A stretch of 64,000 nt of DNA from a virus (IMGVR_UViG_3300028833_000078); one strand, 5' to 3'; shown: positions 21,380-33,399, counted from the stretch's first letter. The notes: generated from the letters alone by a model not told the origin. Translations and numbers: made by a program.

Positions 21380-21560
21380 TATCTTCCCTCCTAATTTTTT
21401 CTATTTTCTGTCTTTTGTTATTTTCTCTTAAAGGTTTAGAATTTAAATTAGGTTCATATAAACCACAATGTTGCATTTCTTTCCAAATAGTACAACCTTT
21501 ATTTTTTGAACATTTATTTGCTTGTATATAATATTTACATAATAAATTTCTATCTTTCAT
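21372..21560 (-). CDS. Small Cys-rich hypothetical protein
   Basis: ORF track, GGAGG RBS. Confidence 0.6.
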   Translation of the reverse strand: MKDRNLLCKYYIQANKCSKNKGCTIWKEMQHCGLYEPNLNSKPLRENNKRQKIEKIRREDNG

Positions 21561-21576
21561 TCTAAACCTCCTTTTA

Positions 21577-22425
21577 CTATTTATTTTCTAATATTAAATC
21601 ATTTACATTTAAAGTTTTTGCTAAATCAATTTGATTTTTACATAAATTACAATTTGATCCAGACAAACATCTTCTTCCACAATTAATTCTATTTTTTGCG
21701 AATCCTGCCAATAAACATCTACTATCAATAGGCTCTTGTAATTGCAAAATAATTTCTTGAAGATTTCCATACCAGTATTTATCTACTGCATAAATATCAT
21801 ATAAAACTCCTAAATCTCTTTTTTCAGAAGAGTTTGACCAATATAAATTAAATACATCTATATATTTACTATACAATTCTATATCTTCAGGTCTTATAAA
21901 AAAACTTTGATAATCTTTTATATTATAATAATGTTTTTGTACAATTCCTATATCTGTTTTTAATATAATATTATATTCTATTGCTAAAGATTTACATTTG
22001 TCTAATTCAAAACAAAGTTGATTACCAATAACAATATCGCTTACCCCTGCTTTTAATCAAAAATTAAAATCTTCTCAATTATATATTGCATAATAATAAT
22101 AAAACTTTAAATTTTTTTCTTTTATTTTTTTAAAGGTTTCAGGATATTTTTCTACTATATTATATGTAAAAACAAAAGCAATATTTAAATTAGGAAAATC
22201 TTTTAAAATATTTTCCATTTTAGATATCATTTTATATTCTTCAAAGCTATCATTATCAAAAATAACAATATTTATTCTTTTATCTTGATATTTTTGAAGA
22301 AATTCTAATAATGTTAAATCTTTTGGATTTCATTCTATTGTAATCTCATCAATTTTTTCTAGTAATTTTTCATTAACACCTAAAAATTGTGAAGTATATT
22401 GAGTATATTCAACTGCAAACTTCAT
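21577..22425 (-). CDS. Peptidase U32-like protein (TGA=Trp)
   Basis: ATG 22425 in frame with 21577-21876; FFIRPEDI motif and C-terminal CGRRC..CNLC. Confidence 0.55.
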
Positions 22426-22458
22426 TTTATCACCTCATAAATAATTATAGCAAAATTT

Positions 22459-22650
22459 TTAATATCTGTCAAGAGCAGTAAGTTGTTTTAAATCATTTCT
22501 AGTAAAATCTTCATAATCATAACCTAAACTATCAAGAGCCTCCTCTAAACTTATTGTATATTTTTGCATATAATCTCTTGTATTAATCATTTTTTCATGA
22601 CTATTCATTATAACCAAATCCAATGGTTCAAAACCCGTAATACTAATCAT
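22459..22650 (-). CDS. Hypothetical protein
   Basis: ORF track, AAAGGA RBS. Confidence 0.55.
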   Translation of the reverse strand: MISITGFEPLDLVIMNSHEKMINTRDYMQKYTISLEEALDSLGYDYEDFTRNDLKQLTALDRY

Positions 22651-22659
22651 TCTACATCA

Positions 22660-22784
22660 ATTCCTTTCATTTATATATTTTTTATATATTTATTATATAA
22701 TTTTTTTTATAAAAAAGCAATAAATTACCCATTTGATAATTTTTAAAAAAAATATTATAATAAATATATATAAAAAATATATAA
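22660..22784. promoter_or_regulatory. Divergent promoter region at the strand switch
   Basis: Very AT-rich; TTGATA..TATAAT on plus and TATAAT on minus; genes diverge from here. Confidence 0.55.
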
Positions 22785-22802
22785 ATGAAAGGAATTGATA
22801 AA

Positions 22803-23138
22803 ATGAAAAATCCATTATCTTTTAGTGATTTTTACTGCGTTGAGTGCGGTAATAAAGGTATTCCAATAGTAAGAAACATAGGCGCACAAAGGGAATCTGG
22901 ACATTTAAAAAATTTATTTTGTCTTCATTGCGGGAAAGAGTGCAATCATGCGGAAATTCGCCCCGGCAGTAGCTATACTTATGAAGATTTCAAATTAGAA
23001 TTTGAAAGTGGCAGATTTGTAAATGGACAGCGTATTCCAATAGCAGACCTAGCTTCTTGCAATAACATTGATTGTCAATATAATTTTAGTGGTAAATGCT
23101 GGAATGCAAATAAAAGTTATGATTGTAATCATAGATAG
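22803..23138 (+). CDS. Zn-ribbon hypothetical protein
   Basis: CVECG..HLKNLFCLHC. Confidence 0.65.
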   Translation: MKNPLSFSDFYCVECGNKGIPIVRNIGAQRESGHLKNLFCLHCGKECNHAEIRPGSSYTYEDFKLEFESGRFVNGQRIPIADLASCNNIDCQYNFSGKCWNANKSYDCNHR

Positions 23139-23150
23139 GAGATGATTATT

Positions 23151-23665
23151 ATGATGAAAAAACAACTTTATATTATGGTACGGAATTCCGCGGAAGTGGT
23201 AAAACTACTTTACTACGAAAAAGTAAAAAAATAAAAAATAAAGCACAACATATCTCTAGAGATGAGGTAAGATATGCTTTTCTTATGGCGGATGAACCTT
23301 ATTTTTCAAAAGAAAAGGAGGTTTATGCTGTCTATTGTCAAAATATAGCTAATACTCTAAAAAGATTTGATGCAGTTTATGCAGATTCAACTTGTTTAAC
23401 TCAAAAATCTAGAGCATTACTTATTAAAAAAATTAAAGAATTATATAAAGATAACTTTGAAATTAATGCAATTTATATGAATACTCCTCTTAAAGTTTGT
23501 TTGGAAAGAAATGCTAAACGCACAGGGAGAGCAAGAGTACCAGAAACTAGTATTAAAGAAATGTGGATTAGATTAGAAATTCCTACAAAAAAAGAAGGCT
23601 TTAATAGAGTTTTTATAGTTGAACCTGCAGGAGAGAAAGGTTGGGTGACTCATTATGGAGATTAA
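23151..23665 (+). CDS. P-loop (AAA_33 / polynucleotide-kinase-like) kinase with two CGGA sites in Walker A
   Basis: ATG-GTA-CGGA-ATT-CCG-CGGA-AGT-GGT-AAA-ACT-ACT = MV-G-IP-G-SGKTT; then ISRDEVR, DST, CLERNAKR..RVPE. Confidence 0.85.
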
Positions 23666-24491
23666 TATTAATACATATCAAACAAGAAAAAAATATATTA
23701 TGAAGAAATTATTTAAACATTATGCTGAATTTATAAAAGCCTATCCAAACTTAAAATTTTTTGTTTTATGTCTACAAGGTTCTCAAAATTATGATTTAGA
23801 TATTTATAATGAAGAATATCAATCAGATGTTGATTCAAAAGTAATTGTAATTCCATCATTAGAAGACCTTGTTTATAATAGAACTCCAATTAGTACTACT
23901 TATGTAACTCCAAATAATGAACATATTGATATTAAAGATATTCGTTTAATGTTTGATAATTTTAAAAAACAAAATATTAACTTTTTAGAAATTTTATTTA
24001 CTGATTTTGTTATTGTTAACCCAGAATATCAAGAGGAATGGAATTATTTAACAAAATATAACGAATTAATTGCTCATTATAATATTAATCAAGCCTTAAG
24101 ATGTATGGTGGGAATGTCAATGGAAAAAAAGAAAGCTTTATGTCATCCTTATCCATCTTTAATTGATAAAATTAAAAAATATGGATATGATGGAAAACAA
24201 TTACATCATATTATGCGTATGAATAATTTTATCCGTGCTTATATTTCTAATAAGGATTATAAATCTTGCTTAACTTTTAATCCTAATAAAGAAGATTTAA
24301 TTAAAGCTAAATTAAATCAATATCCATTAGAATTAGCCTTAAAATTAGCAGATGAATATGATGAAAGTACAAAAGAAATTGAACAAAAATATTTAAAGCC
24401 AGAAGAAATAATTAATAAAGATGCTTTAAAGGTATTAAATAAAGTACAATATGATGTAATCAAAAAAAGATTAAAGAAGGAGGTAAATTAA
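23655..24491 (+). CDS. Nucleotidyltransferase (Pol-beta superfamily)
   Basis: QGSQNY..SDVD motif, NFLEILF, YDGKQLHH. Confidence 0.75.
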   Translation: MEININTYQTRKKYIMKKLFKHYAEFIKAYPNLKFFVLCLQGSQNYDLDIYNEEYQSDVDSKVIVIPSLEDLVYNRTPISTTYVTPNNEHIDIKDIRLMFDNFKKQNINFLEILFTDFVIVNPEYQEEWNYLTKYNELIAHYNINQALRCMVGMSMEKKKALCHPYPSLIDKIKKYGYDGKQLHHIMRMNNFIRAYISNKDYKSCLTFNPNKEDLIKAKLNQYPLELALKLADEYDESTKEIEQKYLKPEEIINKDALKVLNKVQYDVIKKRLKKEVN

Positions 24492-24492
24492 A

Positions 24493-25062
24493 ATGATTTA
24501 TTTTACAAGCGATCTTCATTTTAATCATGATAAAGATTTTATATGAGGAGGCCCTAGAGGTTTTTCCTCAGTTGAAGAAAATAATTATGAAATTATCAAG
24601 AGATATAATTCAATAGTTACAAATGAGGATGACGTTTATATTTTAGGAGATTTAATGTTAGACGATTATGATGCCGGAATTGAATTAATTAAACAATTAA
24701 AAGGAAAAATTCATATTATTTTAGGTAATCATGATACTAATACTAGAATAGAATATTACAAAAAATTAAAAAATATAGTAGAAATTACTTATGCTACTAT
24801 TATTAAATATGGTAAATTTAGTTTTTTCCTTTGTCATTATCCAACAATTACAGCAAACTATGATGATGGTAAAGCAGTTTTTCAGCATTTAATTAATTTA
24901 CATGGCCATACTCACGCGGAAAACTACTTCTATAATGAAAATCCTTATATGTATAATGTAGGAGTTGACGCTCATAATGGATATCCAGTATCTATTGAGC
25001 AAATTATTAGTGATATTAGACAAAAGAAAAATGAATTAGATAATATTCAAAATTTGTCATAA
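24493..25062 (+). CDS. Calcineurin-like metallophosphoesterase (TGA=Trp)
   Basis: FTSDLHFNH, LGD, GNHD, CHYP, HGHTH. Confidence 0.85.
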
Positions 25063-25103
25063 TAAAAAATTTTGTATATAATAAATATGAAAGGAGAAGA
25101 TGT

Positions 25104-25535
25104 ATGAGTACAATACACTTATTAAATTCCAATTTTGATGAGGGAACAGGTATTTCTTCAGTTACAATTGGAACTGATTATGGATTGTTTACCGCAACAT
25201 CAAAATTGCATAGTGAAGACTTAGACATCTCTTCATCTTATGCTGGTTGTGAATATGCGGAAATGCGTGCCATAATTAAATATATAAAAAAAAGGATAGA
25301 AGTAATAAACAATCAAATTAAAGGACTAGAAAACTATCAAAAACAACTTTTAGGTAGGGCCGACTATAATCCAAAATCACCCGAAAATATTGTTTTAAGG
25401 AAAGAAATAGAAAACTTAAACAATGAAAAGAAAGACTGGTATAGGAAAAAAGATTCATTAACAAATTCTCTCATTATAAAAATGAATGGGAGAAGAACTA
25501 TTGTTAATGCAATAGCCAATAAGAAGGGAGAATAA
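25104..25535 (+). CDS. Hypothetical protein
   Basis: ORF track 143 aa. Confidence 0.7.
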   Translation: MSTIHLLNSNFDEGTGISSVTIGTDYGLFTATSKLHSEDLDISSSYAGCEYAEMRAIIKYIKKRIEVINNQIKGLENYQKQLLGRADYNPKSPENIVLRKEIENLNNEKKDWYRKKDSLTNSLIIKMNGRRTIVNAIANKKGE

Positions 25536-25536
25536 T

Positions 25537-25926
25537 ATGGATCAAGAAATACTAAATCAAGTATTAAGTATCTTATTGCCTGCATTAGCAACATTGATTG
25601 CAGGATGATTCGCAGTTTTAGGAAATAAAATAAAAGTTGCCTATGAAGAAAAAATTAATACACAAATTAAAAAACAAGTAGTTCAATCAACTGTTGAATA
25701 TGTAGAGCAAGTTTACAAAGCCATTAATGGAGATGAAAAACTTCAAAAGGCTATTGAGCAAGCTACAATTATTTTAAGCGAAAAAGGTATACTTATATCT
25801 GAAGTAGAATTAAGAATGTTAATTGAAGCTGCAGTTTATGGATTAAAACAAGGGTTTAATGGAGAAGGATTAAATAATCCTAGCACTCCTTCACTTTATG
25901 CAGATCCAGAAGAGGAAGAAGGATAA
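25537..25926 (+). CDS. LL-H-type holin (TGA=Trp)
   Basis: N-terminal TM; VEYVEQVY..GDEKLQKA..LIEAAVY. Confidence 0.75.
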
Positions 25927-25967
25927 TTCCTTCTTCTATTTTTTTATTTTAAAGGAGTTGATAGATT

Positions 25968-26451
25968 ATGATAGAAATGTATTGTGATGGTAGTTCGCGC
26001 GGAAATCCGCGGAAAAGGTGGATGGGGCTTAGTTATTATAAAAGAAAATTCAATTATTGATAAACATGGTCAACAATATGAACAATTAGTTACAAATAAT
26101 CAAATGGAACTTTGTGCTCTTCTAACCGCGATACATATTGCCTCGACAAGATATTGGAATGAACAAGTTACAATTTATTGTGATTCAGCCTATTGCGTTA
26201 ACATATGCAATGATTGGATTTTTTCATGGGCAACTAATGGTTGAAAAAATAGTAAAAAACAACAAATAGAAAACTATGAGATAATAAGAAAATTATGGGA
26301 ATATGTAGAATATCCAAAAGGTAGATGGACAGTTAAGAAATGTACTGGACACAAAGGCATTATTGGAAATGAATTAGCGGATGCTATCGCCGCAAATAAT
26401 CAAGAAAAATTTATTAAAATTTTAAGAGAAAATGAGATTTTGTACGAATAG
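25968..26451 (+). CDS. rnhA: Ribonuclease HI (CGGA site at 26010; TGA=Trp)
   Basis: YCDGSSRGNP-G(CGGA)-KGGWG, TNNQMEL, DSAY, NG[W]K, GHKG..GNELAD. Confidence 0.9.
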
Positions 26452-26524
26452 AAATAAAATTTTGATAATTTTTAAAAAATTTGATATAATTTAATAAAGA
26501 AAAAATAACGAAAGGAGAAAATTT

Positions 26525-28444
26525 GTGAAAAAAGATAATTTATATACAAAGGATAGTATAGAATCTCTTGATCCCCTTGCTTTTACTAGATTAAAGCCAG
26601 GTGTTTATGCGGGAGATACAACTTATTCAACTCAACTTTTAGTAGAAATTATCTCTAACGCAGTTGATGAATATAGACTTGGTCACGGCACTGAAATAAA
26701 TGTTCTTATCAATAATGAAGATAAGAATACAAATATATCAGTTGAAGACTTTGGTCAAGGTTTCATTCCTAATGAAATAAGAGAAGATGGAAAGTCTATT
26801 TTAGAGGCTGCATTCAGCGTTTTAAATACTTCAGGAAAATATAGAGAAGATGGAACATATGAAGGAACTTCATTAGGTTCTTTTGGTATTGGTAGTAAAT
26901 TAACAAACTTTTTATCTCATAATCTTGAAGTTACAACATATAGAGATAATAAATATGAAACTGTTTACTTTAAAGAAGGAGTTTTTGATAAAAGAAAAAC
27001 AGGTTCATTAAAACATAATTCTGGTACTATTGTTAAATGGACTCCAAGTGAAGAATTTTTTACTCATACAACAGTAGAAGAAGGAAAAGTTAAAGAATTA
27101 TTTAAAACTATTACTTGTTTATGCCCTGGTCTTAAAATTAATTTAAATCTTAATGGAGAACAAATTAATTATGTATCAACAAAAGGCTTAAATGATTTAG
27201 TAGATATGGCGGTCGCAGATAAAGAATTAATCAAAAATAGATTTAATTTAAAATATGAAAATGGTAAAAATAAAATTGATATGGTAATGACATATACAAT
27301 GAATTATTCTTTAACTATTGTTCCTTATGTAAATACAGGATTAACTGAGAAAGGTCCTCATATAACTCAAATTAAAACTATTTTAACAAGAGAATTTAAT
27401 AAATTTTTTAAAGAGAAAAAATGGTTAAAAGCTGGAGAAGATAATTTAACTGGAGAAGATTTACAAGAAGGTTTATATATTGTATTTAATTTAACTGCGC
27501 CAAATGTAGCTTATAATGCTCAAGTTAAATCAACAGTAACTCAACTTGATATGACACCTTTTACTTCTGCAATAACTGAAGAATTACAATATTGGTTTAA
27601 TAATAATGAAAAAGAATTAAAAATGATTGCAGATAAAGCGCTTGCCGCACGTAAAGCAAGAGAAGCAGCTAAAAGAGCAAGAGATGCCGCAAGAAATACA
27701 AACAATAAACCAAAAAATAAATTATTATCTTTACCTAGCAAATTAGTTGATGCAAACTCAAAAGATAGAACAGAATGTGAATTATTTATTGCGGAAGGAG
27801 ATAGTGCGGCTGGAGGTCTAATCGCCGCAAGAAATCCAGATACAATGGCGGTCTTCCCTATCAGAGGAAAAATAATTAATCTATATAAAAATTCTGATGA
27901 AAAGGTATTCGCAAATCAAGAAGTTTTAAATTTAATTAAAGCATTAGGTTTAGATTTCGATCAAAAAACTCATACTTTAATTTATGATGAAAAGAAACTT
28001 CGTTATGGTAAAATATTTACTGCCTGTGATGCAGACCCTGATGGAATGGCTATTAAAAATTTATTACTTACTTACTTTTGGAGTTTATGTCCAGAGTTAA
28101 TTATAAATGGTCATATTTGGATTACTATGCCTCCATTATATAGAGTTACAGAAGGTAAAGATACTTATATATATTTAAAAGATGATGATGAATTAGAGAA
28201 ATATAAAAAAGAGCATGAAGGAAAAAAATACTTAATAAATAGAAATAAGGGACTTGGCGAACAAGATGCGGAAGAGCTTGGTCCTTGTATTCTTGATCCA
28301 GAAACAAGAAATGTAGCGCAAGTAACAGTTAATGATATAGAAAAAACAGATAATTTATTTGAAATTTTAATGGGCACTCATGTCCCACCAAGACGTGACT
28401 GGCTATTAGCTCATTCTGAGGAGGCGAGTGATAATATATGGTAA
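26525..28444 (+). CDS. Type IIA topoisomerase B subunit (GyrB/ParE-like)
   Basis: EIISNAVDE, EGDSA, PIRGK, DADPDG, KGLGE. Confidence 0.92.
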   Translation: MKKDNLYTKDSIESLDPLAFTRLKPGVYAGDTTYSTQLLVEIISNAVDEYRLGHGTEINVLINNEDKNTNISVEDFGQGFIPNEIREDGKSILEAAFSVLNTSGKYREDGTYEGTSLGSFGIGSKLTNFLSHNLEVTTYRDNKYETVYFKEGVFDKRKTGSLKHNSGTIVKWTPSEEFFTHTTVEEGKVKELFKTITCLCPGLKINLNLNGEQINYVSTKGLNDLVDMAVADKELIKNRFNLKYENGKNKIDMVMTYTMNYSLTIVPYVNTGLTEKGPHITQIKTILTREFNKFFKEKKWLKAGEDNLTGEDLQEGLYIVFNLTAPNVAYNAQVKSTVTQLDMTPFTSAITEELQYWFNNNEKELKMIADKALAARKAREAAKRARDAARNTNNKPKNKLLSLPSKLVDANSKDRTECELFIAEGDSAAGGLIAARNPDTMAVFPIRGKIINLYKNSDEKVFANQEVLNLIKALGLDFDQKTHTLIYDEKKLRYGKIFTACDADPDGMAIKNLLLTYFWSLCPELIINGHIWITMPPLYRVTEGKDTYIYLKDDDELEKYKKEHEGKKYLINRNKGLGEQDAEELGPCILDPETRNVAQVTVNDIEKTDNLFEILMGTHVPPRRDWLLAHSEEASDNIW

Positions 28445-30792
28445 ATAAACAAGTAGATATTATAGATGAATTAGGACAAAATTTTATAGATTTTTCATAT
28501 GAAGCTAACTCAGCAAGAGCATTTGCAGATGCAAGAGATGGATTAAAGCCAGGACAAAGAGCTTGTCTTTGGGAAATGTTTGACAAAGGATACTTGTCTA
28601 ATAAACCCCACGTTAAGTCTGCAAAAATCGCAGGTGCAGTAACTGGTAACTGGTGGCCGCATGGTGATGTTGCCATATATGAGACTTTTGCTCGTATGTC
28701 GCAACCTTGGATTAATAATGTACCTGAAGTAGATTGGCATGGTAATAATGGTTCCCAATATACTGGACCAGAATGTGCAAGTTCAAGATACACTGAAGCT
28801 AGATTATCTAAAATTACTGAAGACTATTTATTTAGAGGCATTAAAAAAGATAATGTTAATATGATATTAAACTTTTCTGAAGACGCGGAATGGCCTGAAG
28901 TGCTACCTGCAACTTTCCCTAGACTAATGGTTAATGGATGTCAAGGTATTGGTAGTACAATAGCAAATGTATGGTTGCCGCATGATTTAGATGAAGTATC
29001 ATCTGTCATAGCTAATTATATGGAAACAGGAAAATTAGATTATTCTAATCTTGCTCCTTCTTTTCCAACAGGTGGAATAATAATTAATAAAGATGAAGTT
29101 CATAATATTTATGAAACAGGAAAAGGTAAAGTTATTTTACGTGGAAAAGCAGAAATTAAAAAAGATAAAATATTAATTACTGAATTACCTTATCAAATAT
29201 ATGCTCAGCCTTTTGTTGAAAAGATAACTGAAATGGCTATTAAGGAAGAATTAACTGGCATTGAGTCAATTAATAATAAAAGCGGAAAAGGTACTCTTTT
29301 AATCGAGATTGAGTGCTCTGGTAATCCAGAACATGTGTTAGCTCAGTTATATGCAAAAACTGATTTACAAAAAAATTATAATGCAAATCAATGGGCATTA
29401 GTGGGTAAAACACCTAAATTATTAACATTAAAACAATATTGCGATATTTATGCTGCACATAATTTAGAGTGCATTAAAAGAGAATATCAATATGATTTAG
29501 ATAAAGCTAAAGCAAGATTAGAGATTGTTGAAGGTTTACTTATTGCTCTTGAAGATATTGATAATATTATTCAAAAAATAAAAACCAGTGATAGCGCGGC
29601 AAAAGCTAAAATCACTTTAATGAATGATTATAAAATGACAGAAAATCAAGCCAAAGCTGTTCTTGATATGAAATTAAGTAGATTAGCTAAATTAGAAAAA
29701 GTAGAAATAGAAGAAGAAAAGAAAGAATTATTACAAAAAATTCAAGAATTTTCAGCCGTAGTTGAAAATAAAGATAAACAAAATCAAATTGCTATTGCAA
29801 GATTGAAAGAATTAACTTCTAAATATAAGACTAAAAGAAAAACCGCTTTAGAACAAATTGAAATTGTAAAAGAAGATAAAGAAACTGCTGCAGTTATTCC
29901 TGAAGAATGCGTAGTTATTATGTCACAAACAGGAGATATTAAACGTATTCCAAAAATTAATTTTAAAATACAAAAGAAAGGCGGGAAAGGAGTAAAAACC
30001 GCAGATGATGCAACTCTTGCCGCAATATCAACAAATACAGTAGATAATATTTTAGCCTTTTCAAATATAGGAAAAATGTATAAAATATTAGTAAATAATA
30101 TTCCTGTTGGAACGAATACAACAAGAGGACAAAATATAAATACATTAATTAATATGGAATATAATGAAAAAATTATAGCAATTACTTCTTTAGATAAGCA
30201 AAATCCTGCTCCTTATGTAGTATTCTTTACTAAAAATGGTATGATTAAAAAGACTGCATTTGACGAATACAAGAACACAAAAAAGAGTACTGGTATCCAA
30301 GCTATTAAGCTTAAAGAAGGAGATACAATAGTAGATGTTAAATTCTTAGATAAGGAAGACATAATTCTATTCACAAAGAATGCCATGTCTATTAGAATAT
30401 CTAGCGCATTAATAAATCCAATAGGAAAATTAACAATTGGAATAAAAGGAATTGCTTTAAATGAAGGCGATGAAGTAATTAGTGCGGTTGCGGTTAAAGA
30501 AGATACTAACTACATTGGTATATTCTCTACAACTGGATTTAGTAAGAAAGTTCCTGTCGGTGAATTTACAACTCAGGGTAAAGGCGGAAAAGGTGTAATG
30601 GTACTAAAAGTTACTCAAGATACTGGAACATTAGCTGGCGCATGCGGTATAAATGATAATGATGTATTATTGTTAATAGGTAAAAATAATAGTATATGTG
30701 TTTCCGCACAAGATTTACAAAGCTTAAGCCGAAGTGCTACAGGTAGTATAGCAACAAAAAGTAAAACAATAACCTCAGTAATAAAACTATAG
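28438..30792 (+). CDS. Type IIA topoisomerase A subunit (GyrA/ParC-like)
   Basis: DGLKPGQR, HGD, SRYTE, C-terminal beta-pinwheel repeats. Confidence 0.92.
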   Translation: MVNKQVDIIDELGQNFIDFSYEANSARAFADARDGLKPGQRACLWEMFDKGYLSNKPHVKSAKIAGAVTGNWWPHGDVAIYETFARMSQPWINNVPEVDWHGNNGSQYTGPECASSRYTEARLSKITEDYLFRGIKKDNVNMILNFSEDAEWPEVLPATFPRLMVNGCQGIGSTIANVWLPHDLDEVSSVIANYMETGKLDYSNLAPSFPTGGIIINKDEVHNIYETGKGKVILRGKAEIKKDKILITELPYQIYAQPFVEKITEMAIKEELTGIESINNKSGKGTLLIEIECSGNPEHVLAQLYAKTDLQKNYNANQWALVGKTPKLLTLKQYCDIYAAHNLECIKREYQYDLDKAKARLEIVEGLLIALEDIDNIIQKIKTSDSAAKAKITLMNDYKMTENQAKAVLDMKLSRLAKLEKVEIEEEKKELLQKIQEFSAVVENKDKQNQIAIARLKELTSKYKTKRKTALEQIEIVKEDKETAAVIPEECVVIMSQTGDIKRIPKINFKIQKKGGKGVKTADDATLAAISTNTVDNILAFSNIGKMYKILVNNIPVGTNTTRGQNINTLINMEYNEKIIAITSLDKQNPAPYVVFFTKNGMIKKTAFDEYKNTKKSTGIQAIKLKEGDTIVDVKFLDKEDIILFTKNAMSIRISSALINPIGKLTIGIKGIALNEGDEVISAVAVKEDTNYIGIFSTTGFSKKVPVGEFTTQGKGGKGVMVLKVTQDTGTLAGACGINDNDVLLLIGKNNSICVSAQDLQSLSRSATGSIATKSKTITSVIKL

Positions 30793-30815
30793 GAGAGATT
30801 GTTCTCTCCTATTTT
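30789..30815 (+). terminator. Intrinsic terminator
   Basis: ATAGGAGAGA/TCTCTCCTAT plus T-run. Confidence 0.65.
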
Positions 30816-30866
30816 ATTTTTTATAATTTTTTTGTTATAATAATATTAAGAAAAAGAGGTGAGCAA

Positions 30867-32793
30867 ATGGACAAATATAGTATTAAAAATATGAAAAGAT
30901 TGATTGAAGAATTAAATAATTATACTCAACTTTATGATGAGGGCATTCCTGCAATTTCAGATGAAGAATGGGATAAAATGTACTTTGAATTAAAAGATAT
31001 TGAAAATGTATTTAATTTTACTTATCCTAATAGCCCTACTCAAAAAATTAGTTTTGAATTAGTAAATGAATTAAAGAAAGTAGAACATTCACATCCTATG
31101 CTTTCTCTTGATAAGACAAAAAGTATCGAAGATATAAAAAATTTTATTTCTTATCATGAATATATTATTATGCCAAAAATGGATGGATTAACCTGTTCTT
31201 TAACTTATAAAAATGGAAAGTTAGTTCAAGCTGAAACAAGGGGAAATGGAATTATAGGAGAAGATATTTTACATAATGCTTTACATGTAAAAAATATTCC
31301 TAATCAAATTAATTTAAAAGAAGATTTAACTGTTGATGGAGAAATTATTTGTACTTATGATGATTTTAAACCCTTTAAAGATAAATATAAAAATCCTAGA
31401 AATTTTGCAGCAGGTTCAATCAGATTATTGAATTCAAGCGAAAGTGCATCAAGAAACTTATCTTTTATAGCTTGGGATGGATTCTTTACAAAAGAACTTG
31501 AAACTTTATCTAGAAAATTAGAATTATTAAGATGGCATGGATTTGATGTAGTTCCATATATTACAGATAAAAGTAAAAATAATCTTGAACAATATATAAA
31601 TACTTTAAAAGATACGTGTGATAATTATTATCCTATTGATGGAATGGTAATTAAGTATAATAATTGTGAAGAATATAATGCTGAAGGTAGAACAGATCAT
31701 CATTTTAAGGGCGGAATAGCTTATAAATTTTATGATGATGAGTATGAAACTATTTTACGAGATATTGAATGGACAATGGGAAGAACTGGACAACTAACTC
31801 CAGTTGCAGTCTATGAAGATGTTGATATAGATGGGACTATCTGTAATAGAGCTAGTTTGCATAACTTGACTATTATGAAGGAAACTTTAGGTAAATATGG
31901 TTGGAAAGACCAAAAAATAAAAGTATTTAAAGCTAATCAAATTATACCACAGATTAGTTGGGCAGAGCCTGAAAATGAATATACTAAAGAATATTTCAGT
32001 TATCCTATGTTTTGTCCTATTTGCGGACAACCAACAGAAATTAAAAAAGACAATGATAGTGAAGTTTTATATTGCGGAAATCCTGAGTGTGAAGGCAAGG
32101 TCTTGAATCGATTAGACCACTTTTGTTCAAAAAAAGGTCTAGATATAAAAGGTTTATCAAAAGCAACTCTTGAAAAACTTATGGATTGGAATTGGGTAAA
32201 TGATTATTATGATATTTTTACTCTTGACACCCATGCGGAAGAGTGGAAGCGCAAACCGCGGTTTCGGGGTAGCTAGCGTAAATAATATTTTAAAAGCTAT
32301 TGACGGAGCGCGAGAAACAACTCTTGATAAAATTATTGCAGCCGCCGGTATCCCAGAGATTGGTTCTAGAGTATCGAAAGATTTATCTCAGTACTATGAT
32401 TCTTATACCGCCTTCCGCGCAGAAACAGACTTTTTAAAATATGATGGTATTGGAGAAATAATGCAAAATAATTTATTAAAATTTAATTATAATGATTTAA
32501 GATTTGATGAAACAGTAAATAATTTTTTAAAAATTAAACAAAAAGAAGAAAATAAAAAAGAAAATAATTTAAAAGATAAAGTATTTTGTGTTACTGGTAA
32601 AACTCATATTTTTAAAAATCGTGCAGAATTAACCGCCGATATAGAAAGTAAAGGTGGAAAAGTTGTTAGTGCGATGTCTAGCAAAGTCCATTATCTAATC
32701 AACAATGATATTACAAGTACAAGTGCAAAAAACCAAGCTGCTAAATCTGCTGGTATACCAATCTTGACTGAAGAAGATTACTTGGCACTTTAA
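30867..32793 (+). CDS. ligA: NAD-dependent DNA ligase (CGGT site at 32259)
   Basis: HPMLSL, KMDG, NPRNFAAGS, C4 Zn finger, HhH KP-G(CGGT)-FGVAS, C-terminal BRCT. Confidence 0.92.
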
Positions 32794-33067
32794 AAAATTT
32801 TTTATATAATAATAATATGAAAAAAGAGTTACAAAAAATAGCTATGGAAATAGCAAGGTTAGAAAAGGATTTTAATGAAGGTAATGCAAAGGAGACCGAG
32901 GATAAGATTACAAGTCTTATTTCTAAACTATCCTTAGAAGAAATTTTAGAAATAGATAATTATATTCAAGAAAAAATTTGAAATTAAAAAAATTTTTTAG
33001 TATAATGTATCTATAATAAAAAATATTATAAAAACATTTTTAGAAAAAAGAAAAGGAGAAAAAAATT

Positions 33068-33337
33068 ATGTTAAAAGAAAATTCAAGAAAAGTATTTGAT
33101 TATGTAAAAGCAAATGAAGGTAAGAATATTACTGCTGCTGACATCGCTGAAGGAACAGGATTAGATGTAAGACAAGTTAATGGTATTGTTACAAGCGCAT
33201 TCCAAAGAAAAGGTTTAATGGAAAGAGTTCCAGCTGAAATCGAACTAGAAGATGGTTCTCATAAAGCTATCAAATTAGTTAAACTTACAGCAGAAGGAAA
33301 AGATTTTGATCCAGATGCTGAAGAAAAAGCTGAATAA
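33068..33337 (+). CDS. Winged-helix DNA-binding protein
   Basis: ITAADIAEGTGLDVRQVNGIV..KGL. Confidence 0.7.
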   Translation: MLKENSRKVFDYVKANEGKNITAADIAEGTGLDVRQVNGIVTSAFQRKGLMERVPAEIELEDGSHKAIKLVKLTAEGKDFDPDAEEKAE

Positions 33338-33399
33338 TCAAAACAAATAAATTTATAGGGCTGGGTTAATTAACCTAGCCTTTTTTATTAGGAGGAAAA

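Noticed and set aside
27541-30145. Antisense and alternate-frame ORFs within topoisomerase genes (and similar ones in dnaE, glyA, dut, tail genes)
   Set aside because: Shadow ORFs of well-supported genes, with no RBS or recognisable motifs.
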